Part shown: one piece after another, positions 50,380 through 63,840 of the stretch
Numbering within the stretch: the stretch's first letter is position 1
Layout: each line of letters starts with the position of its first letter
NCBI GenBank assembly: GCA_013239625.1
Contig: MU054323.1
Span: forward strand, 1,426,001 to 1,490,000
Length of the DNA: 64,000 nt
Source of the DNA: Lama guanicoe
Lineage: Eukaryota
Reading direction: 5' to 3'
Notes under the pieces: generated by a model
Told to the model about the DNA's origin: nothing
Databases searched by the model: none
The model's input: the letters and a program-made list of their open reading frames with translations, nothing else
Position numbers and translations under genes: made by a program

Positions 50380-52400
50380 TGTATAGTAAAAAATAGCAAA
50401 GATCACACAATCTTCCCTTGCTTGTGTTAAAAAAAGAAAAAAAAAAAACCCACACACACACACAGAGTAACTCCTGATAAATTCAGGAAAAAAGTAGAGT
50501 GAAACCTCTCAATTTAAATGCTCTGGGGAAGGCTCACTTGAATTTTACACGATTCCTAAGGAATGCAGTTTTAATCCTCTCACAGCCAAGTGCAAGAAAA
50601 CTGTAAGAGAATATTTGTGTAATCAGATGCTAAGGAGTAAAATAAGGCAAGTTAATATGAAAACACAATAGACTTTTGTTTACGTAATGGTGAGTCATGA
50701 GCAGTCCGGTCATTTTCATGGACAAGAATGAAACTGATGAAGAAGAGCTTTCTTAAACAGCTTCCAGAGCCTCACTTAACAGGGAATCTCACTTAACAGG
50801 CTGCCCTGTGAAAATCAGCGGTTCTGGGGAGGCTACCGATTCTTCGGTTGCATTCTTCCGGATAGCTAGGGAGATCATGAAAGTCAAAATGCGAGAGGGT
50901 CACCTGAACAGGGGCCTCATCTCCTCCTTCATTCTCCTCCCATCTTCTGGGACCCTTTCTTGCCTCCCCCTCCCCCCAACCATGACAGATATCAAACCCA
51001 GAGGCATCCCAAACCAGCAACCTCTTCCAGCCTGTCTCTTAATCCAGCACCAGGCTTACCTCTAAACATAGATAGAAAAATCTTCCATGAATCTTAGTAA
51101 TTCATATTAATTCACATTAGAACAATCATTGACTACAATCAAGTAAGTTTACCCCTCAACCATCCCAGGAGTTTAAGGATAGTTTAGTGTTAGAAAGACT
51201 ATAAACACTTTGTAATATAATTATATCAATATTTTTTAAAACATATAATCATTTGGCTAGATGCATTTAAAAACAATATCATCTAAAAGAAAAAACACTT
51301 TAATGACTGAGGGACATTCTTTAATTTGAGGAAGTGTTGCTATCTTAAACCTACATTGGCATTAGCATCTTTAATAATAGGCATCTAGTAGTCAAGACTG
51401 ACAAAGGGACACCCATGATATTTCACCTCTGTTATTCATTTTTGTTATGGAAATTCATCTCCTCCTGGTATGACACGAGATCAGCACTATTATCAGAAAT
51501 TAAGAGGTATATTTATCATTATTGAGGGACTACGTACCCCCTGAAAAATCTAGGGGAATCAACATAAAAATTACATTAAAATGTTTAATTTTAAATGGGT
51601 AGATCGAAGTTAAAAATGTAAGTCATTCCCTTTCCTATATTCTGTCAATAATTAATCAGAAAATATATTAGAAAAGGCTAACCCTTATGAGAGCAATGAA
51701 ATAAAATACCTAGAAGCAACTTTTAGGAAAAAAAAAGTGTGGGGCTTTATGAAGAGGGGCACAGAAGAGGACTTAAGTAAATGGAGAGAAACACAGTGTT
51801 CCCGGAAAACAGAATTATGTATTATAAAGGTATCACTTATTCTGTAATTAATTTTAGGTGCAATTAAATGTCAATTTTAGATGATTCTGAGGTTCACTTG
51901 GAAGAATAAACAGCTGAGACCAGCTGGCTTTTAAGTAAGTGGGATACTAGTTCTGTCAGATATGAAAGCATGTTTGATGACTTCAGTAATTAAAATAGTA
52001 TGTATGGTACTGGTGCCTCCCCCACCGAAAAATGGCACAATTAGGGCAGAAACAACCCTTCACATACGTAGGAACGTAGCATGTAATTAGATGCCATCAG
52101 ACTAATGACTACTGGGACATTGATTGGCTTTTTTGTGGGTAGAGAGTGAGAAAGAAATTTAGACACTAAATAAATTCCAGATAAATTCCAGAGTTATTGT
52201 TTAAGTTAAATAATTAGGAAACTAAGGAAATAGAAGTGGCTGTTAATTGACTGTCTGGATGAAGGACTATTTCTAGGAGAAAAGTAATGGAAATTGTCTA
52301 TGAGATTCATAGTTCAACTATGTATGAATTAAAGATATTTTAAGTTCTAAAACACCACAAGCCAAATTAAAGGCCAAGAACCAGCTGTAATTCTGCTGTA
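50380..52400 (+). mobile_element. Old, fragmented L1 ORF2 region
   Basis: Degenerate motifs: aaaatacctagaagcaac, aagaggacttaagtaaatggagaga, tgattctgaggttcacttggaagaataaac, taaataaattccagat. Confidence 0.6.
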
Positions 52401-52713
52401 GAAACACCTTATGATGACCTTAATAAGTACGATACGGACTAAAGGAGCTGATCAGAAACATTGATTTCTGCACAGCAACACTTGAGAAAGGAAGCCTTTA
52501 AGTCTCCCAGACTGGTTTCTGCATTAAGGTCAGGGTTGATTTAGCTGATAAATGTCAGACCAGTGCTTCTGGGGAGCCAAGCCTGTATGTGGACAGCTGC
52601 CTCCAAGGTGTGGTTATCAATTGGTCTGCAGCTTCCTAACTGGGTAAACTTGGATTAGTCACTCTCCCTCTCTGTGCCTTTTGCCTCCTGTATAAAATGT
52701 GAAAAATGACAAG

Positions 52714-53208
52714 TGCAGTAGTCAGAGTAATGCTTCCCCAAAGATGCCCACATCCTGATCCCTAGTATGAATATGCTACGTTACGTGGCAAAGGAGAATG
52801 AACATAGTAGATGGAACTTAGGTGTCTAATCAGCTGACCTTAAAGTAGGGGGGATAATCCTGAATCATCCACCTGGACCCAGTGTAATCACAGGGGATCC
52901 TCAGAAGTGGAAGAGGAGATCACAGACATGTGATGTGAGGATTCCACCACGCATTGCTAGCTTTAAAGATGAAGGAAGGGGCCACAAGCCAAGGAAGGTG
53001 GGCAGTCTGCAGAATGAAAACAAGGCGAGGGGATGGATGCTCTCCTAGAGCTTCAGAAGGGAACACAGCCCTGCCAACACCTGGATGTTAGCCCAGGGAG
53101 ACCCATGTCAGACTTTTGACCTCCGGAAGTGTTAAGATAACACATTTGTATTGTTTTACGCCAACAAGCTTGAGGCATTTATTACAACACCAACAGGAAA
53201 CTAATGCA
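52714..53208 (+). mobile_element. MaLR solo LTR, MLT1D-like, nested in a MIR
   Basis: TG...CA ends, 495 bp. cccaaagatgcccacatcctgatccc...aagatgaaggaaggggccacaagccaaggaa...caggaaactaatgca. TSD acaag/acaaa. Confidence 0.88.
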
Positions 53209-55665
53209 ACAAATAATATTCAAATGTATAACTAAGATATTTTAAATGAAAGCACCTCTGTGAAATGCTACTATGGTGGTCGGCACCCAGGGGCTCAAAG
53301 TACCCTGGTTACCGTAACAGTAGCAGCTGTAATGCAACTCAGTACTGGTCACCGGGTTTCCTGAAGAATCTCGACTCCGTGACTTATAGATGTGAAGTGG
53401 TTTTTCTCCTCATAATCCACGTGGCGATCATGCTACTCCGTCCCGTGTAGCACTTGCTTTGACAGCATCTGGGCCAGATTCCTGAAGTTTGCAGTCACTT
53501 TTGGTTATTAGAACAGACTCATTTCAGGTATTTAGGACTCAGTCTTATTCATTTAAAAAAGCTCCATCTCAAGTCCGCCTCTCCGTCCCTCCCCCAGTGC
53601 AGGCTGACGTCTCTGGCGGCAGCTTCTAGGGGTGGGGGTGGGAGTTTCAATGATCAGCTCTTGACACAGCAGCCCTGTGTCCTCTATGACTAACTAGCTC
53701 CTCCGCCCCTTCAGGGCTTTGGGGCGGGGAAAACAGAGAGGAAGGGGAGTCCCCCTCTTACCGAACTAGGCAGGTTCCAGTCCTCTCCCGGGCCCATCTT
53801 CTAACCTAGCCCGTTGTCTCAGACTCCCTGAAGGATGGCCGTGACTCCAATAGGCTTCCCCAACGAGAGCAAAGCTTGTGACTATGCGGGGCCCCTAAGC
53901 ACTGGCTGCCCCTTGGGAGTCGTGGATTTCCTGCTGCTTTCTTGTGAAGACTCGAGGCCAGCTCTTAGGTTGGTGGCCAGATGCAGGAGCCACTGTCCAG
54001 CCCCCTTAGGAACTAGGAACTGGGAAGAGGGACCAGAATGAGGAGCATCCGGCTTATACATTCTCTGGCACATCATGTTTCTCCAGTGCTCCCCAGCCAG
54101 AAGCACAGGGGCCATTAGGGAACCACCCACACACCCATCCAGGGAACAAGACACCAGCCTCTCCTTTACACAGGAACAGCCGTTCCGTTAGAGAAATCCC
54201 CTTGGAGTCGCCCGCTTTGACTGTGAGCAGAGGAAGCACTCACTCACCCCTGCCCACCCCGTCCCCGCCCTACGTGGGAGGAAAGGGGACAGGCTCTCTC
54301 AGCTGACCTGGGACACCATCCTCGGATACAGGACTGGTTCCTGGATTAGCACCTTCTAATAAACCCCCACCAGCATGTGACTGACCCCCAACTGCCTGCA
54401 GCTCTCTGAAGTTTGAATGAGGAGTGCTTTGAGCCTTTGATTCCTAGTTTGAGGCATTAGCCATAATTCCAGAGCATTAGCCATGATTCCAGGACGCCAG
54501 GAAAAAACTGTCACTGGCTGGAAGCTTCACTGGATTCTCAGAAGAGGCGCTGGGAAGATTCATTAATTTATTCTCATGATAAGGAGCTACAGCACTTCTA
54601 AGCCAGCCCCACCTCCTCCAGGTCTGACCATTGCCACGGCCTGCGGGGTCCAGCACCCCTGCCACAGAGACTCAGGAGTGAGTAAGCCCCGAGCAGCAAG
54701 GAAAGCAATAAAGGGCTTCTTTTGGTCCAAGGCCAGCTGTTCCTAGCCCATTCCAGCAGCTCCGCCCTCATTTCAACAACACTGCATCCAAACAACTTCA
54801 TGGCCGGGATGCAAACCCAGGCCCACATGACTCCGGACTTGGGCACCTCCTACCACATAGCTGTGGGGCTGTGTCGGGGTTACAGGAGGAGATTAGAGGA
54901 TTGCACCTCAGACACTCATATGTATTTACATGCAGACAAACCTGTAAAATTGCTTCTAGTCCTTACTCATTCTTCCCAGGGGGCACCTGTCTTATGCCCT
55001 GCCCTTGGCTTTGAGGGTTACAAAGACAGACAAGAAATGGCCTTTTCCCTATGGTAGTCCACCCCAGTGTAGCAGGGCAGACACAGACACACAGCTGTAA
55101 AGTAAGACACAGTAAGGTGGGTGCCCTACATTAAAGGTTAAGAAAGCACACATCCAGGCTGGGGACTCTGGCCCGAGTAAGCAAAGGCTAAGAGTGTGAG
55201 CTGAGGGCAGCAATGCACCTTCTCTCTCGCTCTGTATTCTTCTGGGTCTAGCGCCGTGTCTGACACATGCTGTGAATCTAATACGAGTTACCTTAACCTA
55301 GAATTGGGGGCACATGGAGAATTTGAATAAAAGCAACTAATTCAGTACATCCGGGGTATAGTGTAGAGGGGAGGGAGGGTGTGATGAGAGACCAGTACCA
55401 CATTTGGAAAGCCCTGGAAGGCCACGCTTGGGAGCCCACACTGGCTGTTTCCTCTGGGCAGGAAGGGGCAGGGGAGATGTTAAGGAGATCTGCGACGGTG
55501 TGAAGTGTGTGTTTTAGGCAACACCGCCCTTGGATGGTGATGCAAGGCTGGGGACCTGGGGAAGTAGTTTTGTTCCAAGGAGAGAAGAGGTCTGTGCGAG
55601 CTGCAGCAATCTGAGTGTTCAGATGTGGGTTTTAGTTTGTTGGAACACCTCCTTTTAGACAGTGT

Positions 55666-56118
55666 TGTTGACTGAAAGAAAAAAAAAACCACACACAAGG
55701 TAAGAGTTGCGTGTTGTGTTTAATTCAGGGTCTGACAGAGAACCATAGTCCAGGAGACAGCCTCTCAGTCCCCTGAGAAACTGCTCTGAAGAGGTAGGGG
55801 AGGAGCCGGTACATATGAGTTTGGAGGTTAGGTAGGCAGGCATACGTCTTGGTAAAAGGTGACTGCTGATCACAAAGAACGGACATCTAAACGATTTTAG
55901 TGCTTTTCTACGAGTAGAAAGATGCAAGAATCTGGGCTCACTGAAGCTCTTTCTGAGATACACATCTAACTATCTATGGGGCCTTTTTCCAAAGCACAGA
56001 GAGCCCCATCCTGTTTTTCCCATCCTGAATTCCCCTCGGGGCTCACTGTCCCTGGCTTGTGACTTACCCCTTTGTATAACTGATGATGAGTGACACTCTT
56101 TGTTCTATTTTGTTCACA
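55666..56118 (-). mobile_element. ERV1-class solo LTR (artiodactyl type)
   Basis: TG...CA ends, 453 bp, 4-bp flanks gtgt/atgt. Motifs ggagacagcctctcag...gagaaactgctctgaagaggt and aagatgcaagaatctgggctca. Confidence 0.7.
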
Positions 56119-57339
56119 ATGTTGAATGAGAAATTCAAAGTCCCACAGCCCTTGAACAAGCTAGCCACCTCTGGGTACGAGGGAGGTTTTACTCCATAAC
56201 ATCCAAGGTTCTTGAGTTAGAAGGCTCAGGGAAGGCACTGGACCCAGGCAGGCTGTGCCCTGAGCCGGACACGGAGCTCGGCCTCCTGCCTGGTCTGCAG
56301 CCCCGCCGTGTCTTTGAGGCGCCAGGGCTCAGGGGCCGGCCCTGCCACCTGCTCCAGGCGCTGGAGGACACAGCCCTGCGCTCCACGGCCTCATTCTCTC
56401 CTCTGCCCCACCTGTTTTGATCCTGCATCTCCCACCATCACAGAGCTTCAGCTCTTTCTCGTCTGAATTTCAAAACTCCAGGCCCCTGGTAGGCAAAGAG
56501 AATGCCTACCTTCCTTGCAGGGCTCAGAGCCAGGGCCTTCCCCTGTCCCTGCACATCCCTTAGGTATCCACCCGACTTGGCCCTATTTCCGGGCACCCAG
56601 CCTGAGGCTCCAGGGCTGTCTCCTCCCCTCCGTCCCCACCCACTCCCAGGCTGGGTTTTCAGGCTGTTATTAGGTCCCTTGATGCTCGGGGTGATTTAGT
56701 GGAAGGCTTAGGGGCAGACAGGTCTAGGATCCAATCCCAGAGCTTTAGCTCCCAGGTCTTGGACGAGTCACCGAACCGGCTCGTTCCCTGTTAGGTGAAG
56801 CAACGTCACCCACCTCCAGGGTCAGGGAGATGCAAGGAGATGCTTACATAAAGCACCTACCCTGGGGGGTAGGCCCAAATTAGAAGCCCTTCCCTTCGCT
56901 CAGGAAGGGCCTTTTGGGTCAACCCTACTGAGATCTAGGCTGGGGCAATTTCTCCAGAGAAAGATACATTTATTCCTGGGGCCAGATTGTCTAAGTCCCT
57001 TCCCTGTGTATGCTGCTCTGAGTCCAGCAGAACTGACTTATGAGGCCGTGGGCTACAGTGACCCCCGGGATTCTAACCCAGAGTCCCTCCTGGGTCATTC
57101 CAAGCGCTCAGTGCCTCTACTCCAAGCTTCAAGGCCTGGAGCTCTGTGAGAAAGGGAGCTGTCTGTTCGCACACTCCAGGGGCCTGATCTGTTGGGCGGA
57201 CATAAATAAGCAAATGGCCGCTCCTAGTTCTTGGATAGGAAGGCTCAGTCCTGCAGAGATGCCAGCCCTCCCTAAATGAATGTAGCAGCTCAAAGTAGTC
57301 TCAGCCAGAATCTCCTCGGGTTTCGCTTTGGTTGTTTTG

Positions 57340-58620
57340 CAGCTTGACCTAATTATTTTGAAGTGCCTCTGGAAGAATGTATTTTCAAAATAATCAAAAG
57401 AGGAAGGGGAATGCTGGCCACAAATTAAAATGTATCGTACACTTGCAATAATTCAGGCAGAATGCTATTGACAGAGGAATAGACTGCCTGGCAGCTAAAG
57501 AAGGTGCAAACAGGCCTGAGTAAATGGAGGAAATGTGGCATCTCAAACAGTCCGGGGAAAAATGGGCTCTTCATTAAATCATGTAACAGTTGTCTCCTCA
57601 TGATATTCACAAAGTAAATGTGGATATTCAAGGGTAAATGAGAGAGAGAAGTAGAAGGAAATATAAAGGAGTATGTTGAATCTCAGTGTAGAGAAGACCT
57701 TTCAAAGTGTGACCTCCAAGCCAGAAGCCATTTAGAAAAATACTGATGGGTTGGACTCTCTAAAAATGTCAACTTCTATATAGGTTAAAAAAGAAAACAT
57801 TATAACCAAGCTTACTTACGAGTTTTCCCAAAGGAAACAGAAAAGATCTATTTCATCTCACTAGGAATCAGAGAAGTGCTTAGTTAATAATGTGATATCA
57901 TTTTTCTTCTACCAGAAGAGCAGAGATGAGGCCGAATTCTCAGACCCCATGTTGTCAAAGATACAGGACAAGTTAGCACTCTGGTTATCTATCGGAATGC
58001 CATTTGGCAATACACATCAGAGTTAAAATTTGTGTACTCTTAAACCAGCCATCTATTTTAGGAGGTAACCAGATCAATTTTATGGAAAAAAAAAAAAGAA
58101 ATTTCACGGAAGTTTTGATGACAGTGACGTTTTAAACAGTTGCCTAAGAGTTAAGATTTGGCTAAAGAAATTACAAAATATATTAACTATGAAAAAGAGG
58201 GACATATGTTTAAAGCCAGTGGCATGAAAAGATTTTCATGGCATATCACTAAATAAATAAACTTCATTAGAAATTACTAATATACATGCTTGTGTGTGTG
58301 TGCGTATGTGGTGTGTGCAGAATTGTGCAAACTTAACCCTTTGAATAACTGAGATTGAGTGACACTCTGTTCTGTTTACATAAACAATGACTAGAATGGA
58401 GACAAGGCTTTTTGTGCATATGATTCACTGCTGTTGTCTCCAATGCATGAAACATAGTCAGTGTTCAAGAAAAACTTGGTGAAAAAAATGAATGAACTGT
58501 TAATAGCAGCTCTCTCTGAGTGGCAAGGTTTTAGATAATTATTCCTTAATTGCTGTGTTTAAAAGTTTTTTCTTTATAAATGTGTTATATTTATAGTCAG
58601 AAAAAAATGCTATTTTCATT
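57340..58620 (+). mobile_element. Old L1 fragments (with a small L2 piece)
   Basis: aaagtaaatgtggatattcaagg; ctcactaggaatcagagaagtgc; gcatttggcaatacacatcagagttaaaatttgtgtactc. Confidence 0.55.
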
Positions 58621-58829
58621 AAATGAAAATAAAAGTACTTTTAAAAATATCCACAATGAATCTCCTTCAGCAGATCACTCTATGGAGAAGAGTTATAAAA
58701 GAAATGTAGAAATCAGCATGCAAAACAAAAAACTCTTGTGTAATTTAATATAAAGTAACAACAGAACTATATATGACAGATCTGGTGGAGGACTGATCTG
58801 GTGGGTCAACCCATTAAGTTGGTCAAGAG

Positions 58830-59420
58830 CTATTGATTGAATGTCCACTGTATTCCTGGCCCTGGGGATACATAGATGAGTCAGGCATGACCCTCCTCCC
58901 GAGGACCTCCTAGCAGAGTGGGAGGCAGGCGTATAAACAGATCATGACAAAGATGAGTGGGGAGTGTCCTGAACACAATGATACAAGCAGGGCTCCGTCA
59001 TCCCTCAGAGGGGAAGTGTTGGTGGGGTGAGTGTGAACTCTGGGATTGAAAGGAAGTGCAATCTGGGAAGACAGCTCGGAGGAGGTGACATTTGAGATGA
59101 GTGACAAAGGTCGAATGGGAAGTAGCAAAGAATGAGAGAGAAAAGTAATATTCCTGGCAGACAGAGAGAAAAATTTGACAGAACAGTTTGGGAGGAATTC
59201 CAGTGGCTCACACAGGCATGGAGTGTCCAAGGGGTGGGCTGGGAAATGAGGCTGGAGAGCTTTGCAGGACTCGGAGCCAGAAGGGTCTGTAGGACTGGGC
59301 TAAGCAGGGTAGCTTTCTCCCTAGGGCTATAGGAGACTGTGGTGGTGAGGACATCAGAGAGCTTTCAGTAGCGAGTGAAAGGGTTAGCCTTGTTTACGTA
59401 CTAGCTCATTCTAACAGGAG
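58830..59420 (-). mobile_element. L2 fragment
   Basis: ttgattgaatgtccactgtattcctggccctgggg; ggaggaggtgacatttgagatgag. Confidence 0.7.
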
Positions 59421-59435
59421 CGCAGAGGCAAAACT

Positions 59436-59615
59436 CAGGGCTGGCTTCAGGGGTGTGTGCCCCGCACCACCGCTCAGGGCCCTGTGCTCAGAAGGGCCTG
59501 CTTTTGGTTTAATGCTCTCTCTGCTCTTGCCATCTTGAAATTCTTAATCATTGTTGAGCAAGAGGCCCACATTTTCATTCTGTTCTGGGCCCCACAAATT
59601 ATGTAAGAGCTCCTG
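59436..59615 (+). mobile_element. MER91A-like hAT-Tip100 MITE
   Basis: caggg...cctg ends; ctcagaagggcc...tggtttaatgctct...tcttgaaattcttaat...ctgggccccacaaattatgta. 8-bp flanks gcaaaact/acaagact. Confidence 0.8.
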
Positions 59616-60220
59616 ACAAGACTGGAAGCCAGCTTTGTGCTGCAGTTGACCAGGAGGGAGGGCAGTCCAGGCTTCTGTCCCGCCCTCTCTCAGCCTCCGT
59701 ATTTAAGAGCCTCTCAGCACGTTGTGCAGGGCGAGAGCAACAAATGACACGGGCGACATGGGGCCTTGCCTGGGCGGGGAAGACGCCCTGCGAAGCAGCA
59801 GTGAGAAAAGTGAGTCCAAGGCGCAGACTCCCTGCGGCCCCCTTCTCCTGTCCCTGCACCCTCATTTCGCCTCTGTGTGGGAATCAGGCTCAGCCTAGCA
59901 AGAATGAGGTTCTCGAGTAGGAGCTGGGAGAGGAGGAAGACAGGTGTTCTGTGTATTTTTTTCTGTTCTGGGAGCACAACTACCAAAAAAGAGATGATGG
60001 TTAGCACCCTGCTTTCCAGTTTAGCTCCACCCTCCGCCCGGCCGCCCCGCCTGGCTTCCCTGCGGCTCCCTCCCGTGTCTGCGGGGGTCCTGCTGCAGGG
60101 AATCCATGCTTCGATGCTTCAGCTTGGTTCTGCCCCAAAGCGAGCGCTGGCTGGCAGCTGCGCCTGAGTGGGAGGGAAGCTCAACCCCCTACCCCCCATC
60201 CCTGCTCCTTTAAACACGCG

Positions 60221-60335
<115 letters not shown>

Positions 60336-60864
60336 GTGCATGCACGCATGTGGCTCTGGGCACATGAGGGCTTGTTTTTGTCACCATGAGGGTTTCCTTC
60401 CACACATCTCAGCGTGCACCAGCTGCTTAGCAACAGGCTGTTGGGCAGAGCCGGGAATTAAATTCCTCCCTGGCTGCTGCAACCACAGGTGCCCTGCGGG
60501 AGGGGAAGGGTCCTCTGGAGGGACTTGAGCTGAGGGCAGGGGTGTGCAGCCACCAGAAGGACACCCCAGAGACAATACAGTCAGGGCGCTGGTGCTGGGC
60601 CAGGAATCTCAGGGACCTACTGGGACTGATGCTCCAGAAAATAGAATCCGAACAGAAGCCGTGGGCGGCGAGGAAGCTGCTGGCTGATAACAGGCAGCAG
60701 GCAAAATGGAAAAATTCATAAATATCTGCTGATGGGATTTGCCTTGGCAGGATGATCCTGGTTCAGGTCATCATTCTGGCCGCCCTGAAAGCTTCCACCC
60801 TGGTTTGTGGTTCTTGCCTATGGAGCTTAAGGTCGAAAGTCTCCTTCCCTAGCAGTCCTGCTCT

Positions 60865-61410
60865 GGTATAAGAGCCAGAAAAAACGAATCAGCCCCAAGG
60901 CTCTGCAGGTAGACTTCCCAGGTTCATGCCTCCATTCCGCCATTTACTGTGTGACCTTGAGAAAGTTACTTAACCCCTCTGTGCCTCAGAGTCCTCATCT
61001 GTGGGCATTACCTCATAGGATAGTTGAGAGAATTAAGTTGAAACAGATAAAAGGGCTTAAATCAATGTCTAGTTCACGGGTGTGAATCAGTGTGTGGTCA
61101 GTTACACCTCTCTGGGGTAAAGGCACTTTATTATCAAAGATGGCACAAAGTGTCATTTAGACTCTGAAAAATCGGCATCCTTGATCCTGAGGGCAGGAGG
61201 AAAAGAAGCTACTTTGGTTTTTTTTTAGTGTTTTCCGTGTACCTGGCACTGTACAAAATGCTTTACATAAGCTAGTGCATCGTCCACCACTGGGAATGGT
61301 CTTTGCACACCTGCAACTGAGGCTCAGAAGCAAAGTGCCTTCCTCAAGGCCACATGGCCACTTCAGAAGTGGAGCCGGGATCTGACGAGTCACTCTAGCT
61401 TCAGATCTCC
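60865..61410. mobile_element. Two MIR fragments (+ at about 60865-61085, - at about 61220-61410)
   Basis: ctgtgtgaccttgagaaagttacttaacccctctgtgcctcagagtcctcatctgt; tacctggcactgtacaaaatgctttacat...aactgaggctcagaag. Confidence 0.7.
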
Positions 61411-61947
61411 ACTCGTTCCTCTAAGCCAAGCTGTCTCTCCTACTGCTGCTCAGAGAAGGAAAAACAGTATTGATCTCTCTCAGACGGTCAGGAATTGCTG
61501 GAGAGAGCTGTTCCCCAGAGTGACATTTCAGAAACTTTGTGCAAAACCGGGGCCTTAGCACCATGCCACTCCTGTGCACGTACCCGGGATGGGCAAATAC
61601 AAGCCAGGGTTTTGGGGAGATGGGAGATGTGACCAAGGTCTGGAGGCATTAGGCGCTGGATCTGGAATAAAGCTCCACACATCAGCAGGAGGCCCAGGCC
61701 AGCTGGCCACTCGCTGGCCAAGAAGCCGGGGGTGTCCAAGGGCAGGAGTCAAAACTGGTAAAAGGGCCTGAGAGGTCACAGCCTTTTCCCAAGGCTCACA
61801 GCTCTGCTGGTTAACACTCAGTCTGCTGCTTCCCTGACCGAGTGTCTGCTTATGCTGTGATATGTACATAGCCCCAAAGTTCATTTGAAGCAATTGCCTA
61901 TATTTCTAGAATTTAGGTAATTAAAACAGATGCTTTTTCATCGTATG

Positions 61948-62255
61948 CAGTGTCCAGAGCTGCAAGGTTCCACCTGGCAGCCAGGAGCCACAAGCACTCA
62001 GACCGAGGTCAGTGGGATGGAGACGGACCCTAAGTGAGGCATACACACCGATTTCAAAGACAGTCCTCCCAAATGTCAAATATTTCGTTAAAACTCTACT
62101 ACCAATTACATGTTAAAATGATATAATATACTGGATTAAATAAAATTTTATTAGAATTAATTTCACCTGTTTTTTTAAAATATGGTTATTAGAAAACTTC
62201 AGGTGACCTACGTGGCTCACGTTTGTGGCTCACAGCATCTTTCCATCCCCAACAG
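61948..62255 (-). mobile_element. MER33-like hAT-Charlie element
   Basis: acaccgatttcaaagac...attacatgttaaaatgata...ttattagaattaatttcacctgttt...tagaaaactt...cgtggctcac. Confidence 0.75.
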
Positions 62256-63059
62256 GGCTCCTCTCAGAGGTATTCACAGTCGGTCCTGCATCTGGAGGGT
62301 GTTTAGCTGTCATAAAACATCTACCTTTCTTTAGGATAGAAGCACAGAGAGTCAGGCCTGGAAGGACGATCTTCAAACATTTTGTTCAGTCTCCTGATTT
62401 ACAGGCAGAGAAACTGAGGCCCTAAGAGGAGAAATGATTCTGGGGCTCTGGGTGTTACATGTAGGCGGTCCACCCTGACCCTGGGGCCCAGGCCCAGGCC
62501 TCCACCTAGGGCTGCTGGCCGTTCTTTTCCAGCGCCTCCCGCCCTGCCGGGCCTCCCCTCCCCTCCAGGGAAGGCCTGGAGGGCTCCCCTTGGGGAGCTC
62601 TGCATCTTTATTCATGAGCCTGGCGGAGGTGGGGGCAGGGGAGCCTGTCGGAAGGCTGCTTTCTGCTTTCCCTGCAGAGAGATAAATATGGAAATGTGAG
62701 AGGAGAGCTTCCCTGTCAGGAGTCAGGACCGCAGTCTCATCTAATGCACAGACAACTGGGGCTGGAGGAGGAGGCTCCCTGGGGCCCCTCAGCCCCAGCT
62801 CAGCGCCCCCTGCAGCCTCTGTCCCCTTGGCGGCAAGGTCACCCAGGCACTCAGCGACTCACTGGGCGTCTCCCCCCACTGGCCCTTGGTTTCCGTTTCC
62901 CACAGCACCTCCCACAGGCCGCCCCCCAACAACCCACAAACGCACACATGCCTGCTCACCTCCTGCTACCTCCGGAGCCCGCTCAGGCCCCCCTCCTCCA
63001 GCCTGCCTCTCCCGACCTCTCCAGGCTCCTTCAGGTCCTGGATGCACAGAGTCTACATT

Positions 63060-63215
63060 CTTGCTTCCTAAAGTGTGGTCCGTGGACCAGCAGCCTCTGC
63101 ATCATGAGAGTGTTTGATGTTCAGCCACTGCAGCCCCCTCCCAAACTGCTGAATCAGAATCCGCATTTTAACAAGACCCTCAGGAGACTGGTGTTCGCAG
63201 AAGCTGGTGTTCTGT
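63060..63215. mobile_element. MER5A-like MITE
   Basis: aaagtgtggtccgtggaccagcagc...ctgctgaatcagaatccgcattttaacaagaccc. Confidence 0.7.
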
Positions 63216-63595
63216 CCACAGCGGTGAGAGCAGGACCCTGTGTCAGGTCATCACGGTGCCCACTGCCAGGCTCTAAGCGCAGAAAGAACGCGCTCTGGGG
63301 GATCATTCGAAGTGATACAGCACATTCCCAGGCGCCATCCCACATCAACGCCCTGTGCCCTGAGTAGTTAAGTCAAAACCCCTGGGCTCTGGCCAAAGCC
63401 CACAACCCCCAGGCGATCTCTGGCCAGTTTGGCCCATTGGGAGCTTCTGAAGATCTGCTGACCTCACCCACCCAGCTTCTCAGCTGCATCTGTCTGATCA
63501 GCATGGATGCAGATGGTCTATGGTGGTACATGGTGAGAGTTAAGGGCAGAATTGGGATTTTGCCCTTTTTAGTGCCTGTGTTCCTGTATTAGATC

Positions 63596-63840
63596 AGAGG
63601 TGTATAGCTTAAAGGCTGAGAGTATACCTTCTAGAGTGAAACGGTTCAACTCCACCGCTAACTAGGTATGCGATCTGGGACAAATTAACATAATATGCCT
63701 GTGCCTCTGTTTACCCGCCTCTGTAGTGGGCTCGCAGTGGTACCTATGTCAGAGGGTTGTTAGACGATTGCTTGGGAGAATGTTGGCAGTGTACTTAAAC
63801 AGGCCAGGCACGCAGGAAGGGCTATAAAAGTGTTGCAATT
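63596..63840 (+). mobile_element. MIR, near full length
   Basis: ggttcaactccaccgctaactaggtatgcgatctgggacaaattaac...tgtgcctctgttt...tacctatgtcagagggttgtt. Confidence 0.7.

Noticed and set aside
47186..53208. Two MLT1D-like LTRs as the ends of one provirus
   Set aside because: They are in opposite orientation, the second has its own TSD, and the DNA between them is L1/L2/MIR. They are independent solo LTRs.
56872..56920. Hairpin GCCCTTCC/GGAAGGGC with an outer CCCAAA/TTTGGG pair, considered as a pre-miRNA
   Set aside because: The stem is short with a large asymmetric bulge, and such a pattern is expected by chance in 64 kb.
62696..63367. 223-aa ORF, the longest in the track
   Set aside because: Pro/Leu/Gln-rich, in GC-rich DNA, non-ATG start, runs through a MER5A-like element, and has no recognisable domain.
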